A stretch of 64,000 nt of DNA from an uncultured Candidatus Saccharibacteria bacterium (GTDB lineage: Bacteria; Patescibacteriota; Minisyncoccia; Phycocordibacterales; DATDWN01). The translations under genes were made by a program, and so were the position numbers. The stretch lies in contig CAZRVD010000001.1 of the NCBI GenBank assembly GCA_964603545.1, positions 68,358 to 132,357 of the forward strand, given 5' to 3'. The notes beneath the pieces were generated by a model, which worked only from the letters and a program-made list of their open reading frames with translations, ran no database searches and was not told where the DNA came from. Of the stretch, positions 38,169 through 46,475 are shown piece after piece; the first letter of the stretch is position 1; every line of letters starts with the position of its first letter.

Positions 38169-39490
38169 AAAAAGGTAAAAAATCAAAAAAAAATAAATCT
38201 GTCTCACGGAAGTCTACAAAAAAAGTAGCAAGAAAACCTGAGAAGAAAGTGAAGAAGGTAAGGGTATCTAGTAGACAGCCGAAGCGTAAGCTACGAAAGC
38301 CTAAGAAAATATCCGTACCTAAAATTCGTTTAAAAAAGAAAAACAAGTCTTCTCTTGCCATGAGAGCCTCTAAATCCGTGCCAAAAAGTACCAAAGTACT
38401 TAAAAAGGCAGATAAACAGCACGATGGAATGGCGAGACTTCTTCACAAAGGAAAGGAGAGGGGCTATATAACGTTTGATGAAATTTTGAAGGAGTTTCCT
38501 ACTGTTGAGGATGACATTCTTTTCCTAGAAGAACTTTATGATAAGTTTTCAGTAAGTGGTATAGACGTTTTGGAAGGAGGCGGACTTCTTGACGCTTCTA
38601 CTACAGAAGATTTAGTAAGTAAAAAATATACATATGGCAGAGGCAATGAGTCTTCGTACGATTCTATTCAGATGTACCTAAAGGAAATTGGTCAGTACCA
38701 ACTTATTTCTGGTGGAATGGAAAAAGAATTGGCAAAAAGAATTGAGGCGGGGGATGTGGAAGCAAAAACTCTTTTAGCTCGAGCAAATCTCCGTTTGGTT
38801 GTTTCTATCGCAAAAAAATATGCAAATCGAAGTGCGGATCTGACACTTCTAGATCTTATTCAAGAGGGAAATCTAGGTTTGTTTAAGGCGGTAGATAAAT
38901 TTGATTGGACAAAGGGTTACAAGTTTTCAACATATGCAACTTGGTGGATACGCCAAGCTATCACTCGTGCCTTAGCAGACCAAAGCAGAACAATTCGTGT
39001 ACCAGTACACATGGTAGAGACAATCGCAAAATACAAACAAGTAGTAAGACGACTTTCACAAGACTTGGGCAGAGATCCACTTCCAGAGGAAATTGCAGTT
39101 GAGATGAATCTTAGTGTTGATAAAGTTTATACAATTGAAAAAATTGACCAAAGTACACTTTCTCTTGAAGCACCGATAGGGGATGAAGGAGATGAAAGTA
39201 AAAGTAAGCTCGGGGATTTCTTGGCTGATGATAAAATACTTTCTCCAGAACAAGAAGCATCACGCAGAATTATAGGAGACCAAGTTCGTGAAATACTAAA
39301 CGACCTTCCAGAAAAAGAAAGAAAAATTCTAGAACTTAGACATGGACTTGTCGACGGCGTTACTCATACACTTGAAGAAGTGGGGAAAGAGTTCGGAGTT
39401 ACGAGAGAGAGAATTCGACAAATCGAAGCTAAGGCGCATGAGAAAATCCGCCAGCATGACAAGATCAATAGGTTAAGGAACTATTACTAG
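38165..39490 (+). CDS. rpoD: RNA polymerase sigma-70 factor with a Lys-rich N-terminal extension
   Basis: Regions 2-4 present ([30 protein letters not shown]). ~80-aa KKxK-rich N-terminus. Confidence 0.9.
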   Translation: MKKGKKSKKNKSVSRKSTKKVARKPEKKVKKVRVSSRQPKRKLRKPKKISVPKIRLKKKNKSSLAMRASKSVPKSTKVLKKADKQHDGMARLLHKGKERGYITFDEILKEFPTVEDDILFLEELYDKFSVSGIDVLEGGGLLDASTTEDLVSKKYTYGRGNESSYDSIQMYLKEIGQYQLISGGMEKELAKRIEAGDVEAKTLLARANLRLVVSIAKKYANRSADLTLLDLIQEGNLGLFKAVDKFDWTKGYKFSTYATWWIRQAITRALADQSRTIRVPVHMVETIAKYKQVVRRLSQDLGRDPLPEEIAVEMNLSVDKVYTIEKIDQSTLSLEAPIGDEGDESKSKLGDFLADDKILSPEQEASRRIIGDQVREILNDLPEKERKILELRHGLVDGVTHTLEEVGKEFGVTRERIRQIEAKAHEKIRQHDKINRLRNYY

Positions 39491-39504
39491 GCTCGGGTCT
39501 TTTT

Positions 39505-39595
39505 ACTCAATCTCATCTTCTAAAATTTGAAAATAATCATCACCTTACTACTTGTAAGGCTCTTCATATTTTAAAATTTTATAAGCGACCTTGAG
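39505..39595 (+). repeat. long-hairpin repeat family 1, copy 4 (after rpoD)
   Basis: Its own terminal helix GCTCgGGTC / GACCttGAGC. Shared core TCTAAAATTTGAAAATAATCATCACCTTACTACTTGTAAGGCTCTTCATATTTTAAAATTTTATAAGCGACC. Confidence 0.65.
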
Positions 39596-39626
39596 CAAAA
39601 ATCCTCCAAGTTTCATAGCTTCATTA

Positions 39627-39704
39627 AATACAAGAACACTCTCAATTGAGAGTGTTCTTGTATTGACAAAAGGAAATAATTATGCTAGTGTCTTGCGCAG
39701 GAGG
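39627..39704 (+). promoter_or_regulatory. 32-bp perfect palindrome abutting a TTGACA promoter (cassette G)
   Basis: ACAAGAACACTCTC-AATT-GAGAGTGTTCTTGT at 39627-39658, then TTGACA(39662-67)-N17-TAGTGT, then AGGAGG at 39699-704. Confidence 0.5.
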
Positions 39705-39742
39705 GGATTTTCCCCTTGCATTAGACCAGAAAGGTTACTACG

Positions 39743-40408
39743 TTGAAAACACTCCGTATTGTCATGGCGATGACTCTGTTCTCTCTCACTTCCTTCGCTT
39801 CGGCGACGGCGCAGGACGGAGGATACAAGGTTTCGGCGATTTCTGTCGGTTCGGGGGAAACCCCGATCTCCGGCGGGATCTCCGCTTCAGTCGATCTGAC
39901 GACCGAAAGTGGCGGATTCATGCAGGTCATGGTTCAATCTGAGCAGGCTTGGTTCATGATTGGCAAGGACTGGAAGTTCTCTCGCTCCCGTTGCAGTTTC
40001 TACGGTTCAGTGGGGCATTTCCAGTCGGCGCCGTGGGTGGGTCCGTACGCGGGTTGTACCCTTGTTCTGGCCAACCTTGGTGGGCAGGAGGTTTCTATCA
40101 GTGCTCTGACTTGGCCCGGCTTTTACATCGGTTGGGAGCCGAAGAACTGGCGCACAGCCGAGGATGGGGTGGAGAATCCGGAGTCCTTGAAGGCTGGGTA
40201 TTTCTCGGTTGCCTCGCTCAATCTCGGGAGGGTTTCGGTGAGCATCGCTCATTTGAACTTTTTGGACGACAAGACCAACATCCTTCCGGGCGTCGCATAC
40301 ACCCAGAAGGTGCGTAGTGACATGGATGTCAGCGGGAGTTTCACTTGGAACTCCAACTCTGACTCCCCGATGTTCTTCGTTGGTGCATCATGGCATCCGA
40401 AGAAGTAG
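39743..40408 (+). CDS. secreted beta-rich protein (possible beta-barrel or adhesin-like), high-GC cassette G, TTG start
   Basis: Signal peptide KTLRIVMAMTLFSLTSFASATAQD, then alternating-hydrophobic beta-strand-like sequence. GC well above the backbone. Only TTG is in frame upstream, after GAAAGG. Confidence 0.45.
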   Translation: MKTLRIVMAMTLFSLTSFASATAQDGGYKVSAISVGSGETPISGGISASVDLTTESGGFMQVMVQSEQAWFMIGKDWKFSRSRCSFYGSVGHFQSAPWVGPYAGCTLVLANLGGQEVSISALTWPGFYIGWEPKNWRTAEDGVENPESLKAGYFSVASLNLGRVSVSIAHLNFLDDKTNILPGVAYTQKVRSDMDVSGSFTWNSNSDSPMFFVGASWHPKK

Positions 40409-40427
40409 AGCGACTAGCTTCGTGTAC

Positions 40428-40470
40428 GGCAGGACACCCGAGTGGGGGTCCTGCCGGCGCGGAGTTTTTT
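40428..40470 (+). terminator. rho-independent terminator of cassette G
   Basis: GGCAGGAC-acccgagtgggg-GTCCTGCC ggcgcggagTTTTTT. Confidence 0.6.
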
Positions 40471-40549
40471 GATACCTGAAATTATCCACAAGGGGTTTAA
40501 AAAATCTTCATGTTAGTATTGATACGGAAAGTCTGAGAGGGGAGGTGAC

Positions 40550-40753
40550 ATGGAGAAGTGTCCGGATTGTGAGGGTCCTGTCGGTGTGCTCATGAACTAT
40601 TATATTTGTAGGGGTCAGTGTGACGGCAAACTTTTGTTGCACACTGATCCAGATGAAAACAGGAAGGAGATGAGAAGGAGAGGGGCTCTTCTTCAAGTTA
40701 GCCACACGGATGAGGACGTAGTACACTTCGTCAGTCGAACACCCAAAGTCTAG
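40550..40753 (+). CDS. small zinc-ribbon-like protein, high-GC cassette H
   Basis: CPDCEG...CRGQC (CxxC-N16-CxxxC). RBS GGGGAGGTGA. 67 aa. Confidence 0.4.
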   Translation: MEKCPDCEGPVGVLMNYYICRGQCDGKLLLHTDPDENRKEMRRRGALLQVSHTDEDVVHFVSRTPKV

Positions 40754-40798
40754 TCTTGTCATGGTGGAGTCGTTTTGTGACTCCACCCGCAAGGCCTG

Positions 40799-40831
40799 CC
40801 CCGTAGTAGAGATACTCTACCGGGGTTTTTT
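40799..40831 (+). terminator. terminator of cassette H
   Basis: CCCCGTAGTAGAG-atac-TCTACCGGGG TTTTTTCG. Preceded by a second hairpin GGTGGAGTC-gttttgt-GACTCCACC at 40763-40787. Confidence 0.55.
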
Positions 40832-40853
40832 CGTATTAAAAAGTATATGAGAA

Positions 40854-40877
40854 GGCCCCGGGGTTGATTCCGGGGCC
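40854..40877 (-). terminator. terminator of the minus-strand coiled-coil gene
   Basis: GGCCCCGG-ggttgatt-CCGGGGCC, followed on the minus strand by TTCTCATATACTTTTTAAT. Confidence 0.5.
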
Positions 40878-40905
40878 TGGTATTCGATGTCGCAACTTGC
40901 GCTTC

Positions 40906-41542
40906 CTACTTCTTCTTCGTCAGGAGCGCACGAAGCGCGTCAGCTTTGCTCTTGCGCGCGGCCATCAGGACCGCGCGCTGTTCGGTTCCGGAGGGTCGAG
41001 GCGTGGCGACCACCACGGCGGGGTTTGCGACCTTCGCCTTGTTCGCGACTTCTCGCTGAACCCGACGTACCTGGTCGCGCTTCTTCTGCTCGACTTCGGC
41101 CTCGTCGACTGCGTTCGCCAGTGCGTTGTAGGCGTTGATGCGAAGTTCGAATGTGCCGTTCAGTTCTGCGCTGACTGCGCTGACGAGCTCAGCCTGGAGC
41201 TTCTGGAGGCGTTCGATGAGGTCCTTGTCGTAGCCCTCCTCGTCGCGCAGGCGGTTGATGATCTTGGTGAAGCGTGCCGTCTGCACCTGGTTGCCCTCGA
41301 GTGGCTTGTCGGTGACCGAGTAGCGCAGGAAGGCTCGGAGCTTGCCGTGTTCCGGTCGACACGATATCGGCCCCGATGACGATCGCCTTCTCGTTCTCGC
41401 CTTCCTCGATGGCGTCCGCCATCGCCAGGATGTAGCTGTCGATGGGGTTGCCGATCTGGAAATCGCGCGTCTTGCTCATCGCGCCCATGATTTCCGCGAC
41501 CGCTTCCTGAGACTGTTCGAAGGTCATTGTCGTCTTGGCCAT
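40906..41542 (-). pseudogene. GC-rich alpha-helical/coiled-coil protein gene interrupted by a frameshift near 41330-41360 (cassette I)
   Basis: ORF 41189..41542 is protein-like for about 62 aa (MAKTTMTFEQSQEAVAEIMGAMSKTRDFQIG...AIVIGADIVS) and then becomes P/R/G-rich junk. The +1 frame continues protein-like (EHGKLRAFLRYSVTDKPLEGNQVQTARFTKIINRL...) into ORF 40906..41286. The plus-strand ORF 40864..41379 is an antisense artefact. Confidence 0.5.
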
Positions 41543-41609
41543 ATCGGACTCCGTTCTATGAAGGTACTGCTTTTCTGAGGGCGAAATGCCGTTCAGATCT
41601 AACTAGACG

Positions 41610-41638
41610 TAGTGTAGCATGCTATGCAAAAAATGTCA
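41610..41638 (-). promoter_or_regulatory. promoter of cassette I (minus: TTGACA-N17-TACACT, with TAGCATGCTA palindrome in the spacer)
   Basis: The reverse complement reads TTGACAttttttgcatagcatgcTACACT...GGAGtccgatATG. Confidence 0.5.
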
Positions 41639-41677
41639 ATAGATTAAACATACACTAAAAAATGCTATTCTATAACC

Positions 41678-44611
41678 ATGTCTGACACTATTTTGAACAA
41701 AAAATTTCAGGAAAAATATAAAGCCTTGAACAAGGCGCAGAAGGAGGCAGTGGATGCAATTGATGGCCCTGTCATGGTTGTGGCGGGGCCTGGAACAGGT
41801 AAGACAACTATTTTAACTTTACGTATTGCAAATATCCTAAAGGAAACAGACACTCCGCCTTCGGGCATTTTGGCCCTTACTTTTACTGATGCCGGAGCAA
41901 AAGTAATGAGACTTAAATTACGTGAGATTATTGGAAGTTCTGCTGACCTAGTTCGCATTCACACTTTTCATGGATTTGCCTCAAGCGTGATAGCAGAGTT
42001 TCCAGATCACTTTCCTCACCTTTCTCGTTCTACACAAATCACAGAAATAGAAGCTGAGGCGATTGTTAGAGAAATATTAAAAGATAAAAAATTTTCCAAA
42101 TTGAGACCCTTTGGAGATAAGGATTATTATATTGGTAAAATTTTGGGAGCTATTCGTGACTGTAAAAAAGAAGCTTGGACTCCAGACGTAGTAAAAAGTT
42201 TTGCCAAAGAAGAAATAGAAAGAGTTAAGACCAACGAAGATTCCATATCTACACGGGGTAGTTCAAAAGGAGAACTTAAAGCTGATGCACTTAAGAGGAT
42301 AGAGAAGTGTGAGAGAACGATTTTATTTTCTGATGTTTATAGTGAATATGAAATAAAAAAAAGAGAAGAAAGAAAAATGGATTTTGATGACCTTCTTTTT
42401 GAGCTACTTTTAGCACTACAAAAAGACGAGTTATTACTGCGACTGTTGCAAGAAAAGTTTTTATATATTTTAGTTGACGAACATCAAGACACAAACGACT
42501 CACAAAATTTAATAGTGACACTTCTTGCCAACTTCTTTGAAAACCCAAATGTTTTTGTTGTAGGGGATGAAAAGCAAGCCATCTACCGTTTCCAAGGAGC
42601 GTCAGTTGAAAATTTCTTGAAATTCCAAAACATTTGGAAAAGTATGAAAGTCATAACTCTTAAAAGTAATTATCGTTCCCATCAGAGCATTCTTGACGCC
42701 ACATTCTCTATGATAGAGAACAATTATGCAGACGGAGAGCATTTAGGTTTAAGAACGATTTTAAAATCTGAATCAAAAACAAAACAAAAACCTATAGAAG
42801 TTGTGTCGGCTGGCAATAGTCAGTCTGCCGACAATTATCTAGTGAAAAAATTAAAAGAAATCCACAAAAACGCTTTCGAGAGCACGGTTGCGGTTATTGT
42901 TCGCAAAAACAGAGAAGTGGAACATATTTTAAATATTTGCGAAGCAGGGGGTGTGCCAGTTTCTGCTGAACGCGGAACAGATGTTTTCTCTCACCCAGTA
43001 GGGATTTTATATTTTAACCTACTGGAGTATTTGGACGACCCAACAAAAGTAGAGTGCCTGGCGGAGACACTGGCAGTGGGACTTTGGAAAGTAAGTTTTA
43101 CAAAAGGCAAAGATTTAATTTCTAAACTGCGCAGTAGCAACATAGAAATAGAAAAAGAAATTCCAGCACTAAATAAACTTCAACAAGAAATAACAAATTC
43201 TGGAGTTATTTCTTTTCTAATTCTTGTTGGAGATTTGTCAGGGTTTACAGAACTAACAACAAAGAATCCACTTTCGGCAGAAGTTTGGAGAAGTATTATT
43301 GATCTTTCTCGGGATATAGCTGAGAGACAAAAAATTTCTGACCCAAAGGTTTTAATCAAAGAACTTCTAGCCTACAGAAAGACAGCAGAAACTAAGAGTA
43401 TAAAAATCGGGGGTGGGAAACTGGATGCCAATATTCACATAATGACAGCGCATGGTTCAAAGGGTTTGGAGTATGACCTTGTGTTCCTACCTTTTGCCAC
43501 AGAGGAGTCTTGGATGAGACACACTTTTGGCTCATCTTTTGTGTTACCTCGTGAGAAAGACGAGAAAGACGAGATTCGTGATGCTAGGAGACTTTTTTAT
43601 GTGGCTATGACCAGAGCGAGAGAGCATGTGGAGATTGTAGTGCCACTAGAGGATAATCTGGGTAAGATTTTTACACCACTACGGTTTATTTCTGAGATGG
43701 ATAAAAATCATGTGAAGTATATAGATACACCAGCGGTTCACGAACTACCAAAATCTTTCAAACTCTCCGATATAGAGTCACAGAGAAGGAGTGATATGAT
43801 AGAGCATACCAAAAGAACTATTGTAGAGAAGGGCCTGTCTGTCACGGCACTAAATCACTATATGGTTTGTCCTAGACAATTTTTTTACAAAAGTATTTTG
43901 AAAATCCCAGAAGCACCGAGTGTATCTTCTGAAAAAGGTATCGCAATGCACAAAGCACTTGCTTATGTGTGGAAAGAGGAAGATAGAAGTGTAAAAAACA
44001 TTTCACGAGTTATTGAGGACACAGTGAAAGATTATTTTCACGTCTCACTACTTCCTAGTTTTGAAAAAGAAATAATAGTAGAAGAACTTCTGGAGAGCGC
44101 CCCAAAAGTCGCTACAGCTCTCCATGGATATTTCCAAAGTGAGGGAAAAGTTTTTACAGAGATTTGGGAAGAACGTGCTTTTGATACAACTTTTGGTAAA
44201 AAGCAAATCTCTTTTAATTTACACGGACAACTTGATGCGGTTATTGACCTTGCAGACAAAGTAGGGGTTTTTGATTATAAAACTCGCGAAGCTTTGAGCG
44301 TAAACGCTATAAAAGGGGAGACCAAGGATTCCGACGGAAATTATTTTAGACAACTGGTGTTTTATAAGATTTTACTCGGAACAAATTCAAAGTATAAAGG
44401 TAAGCAAATAGAACCTGCGCTTATTTTTGTAAAACCAGATAGCAAGGGAAGATGTCCAACTATTGTTTTGCCAATAGAAAAAGAAGATGAGGCGAAAGTA
44501 ATGTCGGAAGTAGAAGCCCTTGTACAAAGCGTTTGGTCCGAAAAGTTTCTAGAAGCAGATTGTGAAGACAAAGACTGCAAATACTGTAAAATGTTCAAAC
44601 TAATAGTTTAG
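41678..44611 (+). CDS. UvrD/PcrA-family helicase fused to a C-terminal PD-(D/E)XK nuclease with a 4-Cys cluster (AddA/AddB-Cas4-like)
   Basis: Walker A VVAGPGTGKTT, DExx ILVDEHQDTN, helicase motif VI VAMTRAREHV. C-terminal nuclease-like domain ending with CEDKDCKYC. Confidence 0.75.
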   Translation: MSDTILNKKFQEKYKALNKAQKEAVDAIDGPVMVVAGPGTGKTTILTLRIANILKETDTPPSGILALTFTDAGAKVMRLKLREIIGSSADLVRIHTFHGFASSVIAEFPDHFPHLSRSTQITEIEAEAIVREILKDKKFSKLRPFGDKDYYIGKILGAIRDCKKEAWTPDVVKSFAKEEIERVKTNEDSISTRGSSKGELKADALKRIEKCERTILFSDVYSEYEIKKREERKMDFDDLLFELLLALQKDELLLRLLQEKFLYILVDEHQDTNDSQNLIVTLLANFFENPNVFVVGDEKQAIYRFQGASVENFLKFQNIWKSMKVITLKSNYRSHQSILDATFSMIENNYADGEHLGLRTILKSESKTKQKPIEVVSAGNSQSADNYLVKKLKEIHKNAFESTVAVIVRKNREVEHILNICEAGGVPVSAERGTDVFSHPVGILYFNLLEYLDDPTKVECLAETLAVGLWKVSFTKGKDLISKLRSSNIEIEKEIPALNKLQQEITNSGVISFLILVGDLSGFTELTTKNPLSAEVWRSIIDLSRDIAERQKISDPKVLIKELLAYRKTAETKSIKIGGGKLDANIHIMTAHGSKGLEYDLVFLPFATEESWMRHTFGSSFVLPREKDEKDEIRDARRLFYVAMTRAREHVEIVVPLEDNLGKIFTPLRFISEMDKNHVKYIDTPAVHELPKSFKLSDIESQRRSDMIEHTKRTIVEKGLSVTALNHYMVCPRQFFYKSILKIPEAPSVSSEKGIAMHKALAYVWKEEDRSVKNISRVIEDTVKDYFHVSLLPSFEKEIIVEELLESAPKVATALHGYFQSEGKVFTEIWEERAFDTTFGKKQISFNLHGQLDAVIDLADKVGVFDYKTREALSVNAIKGETKDSDGNYFRQLVFYKILLGTNSKYKGKQIEPALIFVKPDSKGRCPTIVLPIEKEDEAKVMSEVEALVQSVWSEKFLEADCEDKDCKYCKMFKLIV

Positions 44612-44612
44612 G

Positions 44613-45314
44613 TTATTCGAAGAGAAGAGCATCTATGACACGCTTTAGGTTTTCGTAAGGTTGTGCGCCTTGAACAACTGTTTTTGTTCCATCTCTTGAA
44701 ACAATTATAGAGTTTGGTGTGCCTCTTCCTCCGGCCTTAACAGCGTCTTGGTAGTCTACTTCTACTTTGGTTGCGTATTTACCACTAGATAGACATTCGT
44801 TGAATGCAGTTACATTAAGTCCGACATCTTTTGCGATTTTTGGAAGCTCTGCTGGATCTAGAGAGTCGTTTGAATTTGTTCTTGTGTAGATAGTGTTTAG
44901 GTATTCCCAGAATTTTGTAGGTCCACCAAGTTCGTTTGCACATTCTGTCGCTTCCGCTTCCTTACGAGCCTTTGGATGGAGTTGGTCTATAGGGAAGTGT
45001 CTGTAAACCCAAGCCACTTTTCCATTTTTGCCATACTCATCCATCATGCGTCTTAGCGTTGTGTGGAATTGTTTACAGTAAGGGCATTCTGTATCAGAGT
45101 ATTCAACTAGTATAAGTTTTGCATCTGGGTTTCCCAAAATATGATCCTGTGCTGTTATTGGTCTCATTTCTTCACCAGCAGTAGTTTCTGTCCCTGTTGT
45201 TTTGACTTTAGCTAACTCCTGTCCGTTTTTAAGGTTTGAATAATAAAATGCTCCAGCTATTAAGGCTCCTGCGATAACTATTGCTATCGGTACAGATAAT
45301 TTTTCTATATTCAT
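44613..45314 (-). CDS. DsbA-family thiol:disulfide oxidoreductase (membrane-anchored)
   Basis: N-terminal TM. Thioredoxin active site ECPYCKQF. Confidence 0.75.
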   Translation of the reverse strand: MNIEKLSVPIAIVIAGALIAGAFYYSNLKNGQELAKVKTTGTETTAGEEMRPITAQDHILGNPDAKLILVEYSDTECPYCKQFHTTLRRMMDEYGKNGKVAWVYRHFPIDQLHPKARKEAEATECANELGGPTKFWEYLNTIYTRTNSNDSLDPAELPKIAKDVGLNVTAFNECLSSGKYATKVEVDYQDAVKAGGRGTPNSIIVSRDGTKTVVQGAQPYENLKRVIDALLFE

Positions 45315-45384
45315 ATGTGACCATTCTACTAGGGAATAAATTTATATGCAATTGGACTTTTTTAGAATCGTGTTATTATGATAA

Positions 45385-45519
45385 CGGATGCATGTGCATC
45401 TCCGGGAAAGGAGGGTATCGCATGAGGTAGTCGCCATTCTCCTGGGGGAGTATACTTTCGCACTGGGAAGAGGAGGGGTTCTATGACACCACCCTCCTCA
45501 ACCCGGTTTTTCTTTTATT
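45385..45519 (+). ncRNA. candidate ~135-nt GC-rich small RNA with its own promoter and intrinsic terminator
   Basis: TTGGAC(45352-57)-N16-TATTAT(45374-79) promoter. Terminator GAGGAGGG-gttctatgacacca-CCCTCCTC aacccggTTTTTCTTTTATTT at 45468-45519. No ORF longer than 10 codons with an RBS inside. Not matched to a known RNA family. Confidence 0.35.
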
Positions 45520-45570
45520 TGAAAACTAGTATAATTAAAAAGGATCGAGGGCGGTCCAGAAAGGAGTGTA

Positions 45571-45612
45571 ATGGCTATGAAGGCAAAGAAGGCTGCGAAG
45601 AAGACCGCCTAG
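45571..45612 (+). CDS. tiny Lys/Ala-rich ORF (13 aa, MAMKAKKAAKKTA) with strong SD and terminator
   Basis: TATAAT at 45529-34, AAAGGAG at 45559-65, ATG at 45571, TAG at 45610-12, then the hairpin terminator at 45650-45674. Confidence 0.25.
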   Translation: MAMKAKKAAKKTA

Positions 45613-45649
45613 AAGCGGTAGGTTGCGATCTTCGCGACTGCACTATCCA

Positions 45650-45674
45650 GGGGGCACCGTGTGCCCCCTTTTTT
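45650..45674. terminator. bidirectional hairpin terminator
   Basis: GGGGGCAC-cgt-GTGCCCCC TTTTTT. Confidence 0.6.
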
Positions 45675-45678
45675 ATAT

Positions 45679-46260
45679 CTAAAAAAGACTTTGAGTTTTT
45701 ATTTCAGGAACTGGCTCCCAATGTTTAGTTTCCAACTTTATTTCTTTTGTAAAAGGTCCTTCTTTGAACATCAGCTTCTTATTTTTCATAGCAAATTCAA
45801 AAACATCTTTGGTTATTTTTACATCGTCTAAACAATACTTGCGTATTTTTTCTATCTCTCCTGACCTCCACCAAGCTACGGCTTCTAGTCCGTTACCACT
45901 TTTACTTAATCCAAAAGTTCCTTGGGCTATTTGTTCTAGTTTCATTCTACGACCGTAGGCTTGGCGGATTTCTTTTAGTAGGTCTAGTGAAAGTGTTTGT
46001 GTAAGGTCACCGTGTCCAGCTTTTTTATAGTATTTATTTAATAGGGGAATATCAAAGTGGTCGCCGTTAAAAGTGACAAGCATTTCCGCTTTTTTAAAGT
46101 AAGGCCACATTTTTTCAAATTCTTCTTCTAAAAAACTTTCATACTTGCCGGTTTCGTAGTCAAAAAGCCCAACTAGAGAAATATCTAAATCTACTGGGTC
46201 ATTAGATCCCACATCTTGAAATATGTTTTTTGTTTCAATATCAAAAACTACTTTTCTCAT
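45679..46260 (-). CDS. RNase H-like 3'-5' exonuclease (DEDDy, PolB-exonuclease-domain-like)
   Basis: Exo I FDIET, Exo II FNGDHFDIPLL, Exo III YCLDDV. Confidence 0.65.
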   Translation of the reverse strand: MRKVVFDIETKNIFQDVGSNDPVDLDISLVGLFDYETGKYESFLEEEFEKMWPYFKKAEMLVTFNGDHFDIPLLNKYYKKAGHGDLTQTLSLDLLKEIRQAYGRRMKLEQIAQGTFGLSKSGNGLEAVAWWRSGEIEKIRKYCLDDVKITKDVFEFAMKNKKLMFKEGPFTKEIKLETKHWEPVPEIKTQSLF

Positions 46261-46326
46261 AAAATTCAGTATAACAGGTATTCCACGTTCGTAAAATATT
46301 AATTAATTTTAAGACATTGCGCAGGA

Positions 46327-46465
46327 AATTAGAAAACAACGACGAGCGAAAAGAAGCCTGAAGCACTGTCTGAGGGTAATCCCGAGTTTGCGAGAAGGCT
46401 CTGGAGTGAGGAAGATTGTTTTCTTGATTTCCGAGCAAAGCAAAATCAAAGCTTTGATTTATGCG
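46327..46465. repeat. intergenic repeat family 2, copy B (3' of hisS)
   Basis: Aligns with 5764-5899 across ~135 bp (AACGACGAG...CGAGTTTGCGAGAAGGCT...TTTTCTTGATTTCCGAGCAAAG...TTTATGCG). Confidence 0.6.
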
Positions 46466-46475
46466 GGTCTTAAAA

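Noticed and set aside
40864-41379. 171-aa plus-strand ORF in the GC-rich region
   Set aside because: It is antisense to the protein-like minus-strand frames. Arg/Ala/Gly/Val-rich translation is typical of wrong-frame ORFs in high-GC DNA.
45483-45728. 81-aa ORF 45483..45728
   Set aside because: It starts inside the terminator hairpin of the sRNA-like unit and runs through a promoter, a tiny ORF and a second terminator into the antisense of the exonuclease gene. Not plausible as a single gene.
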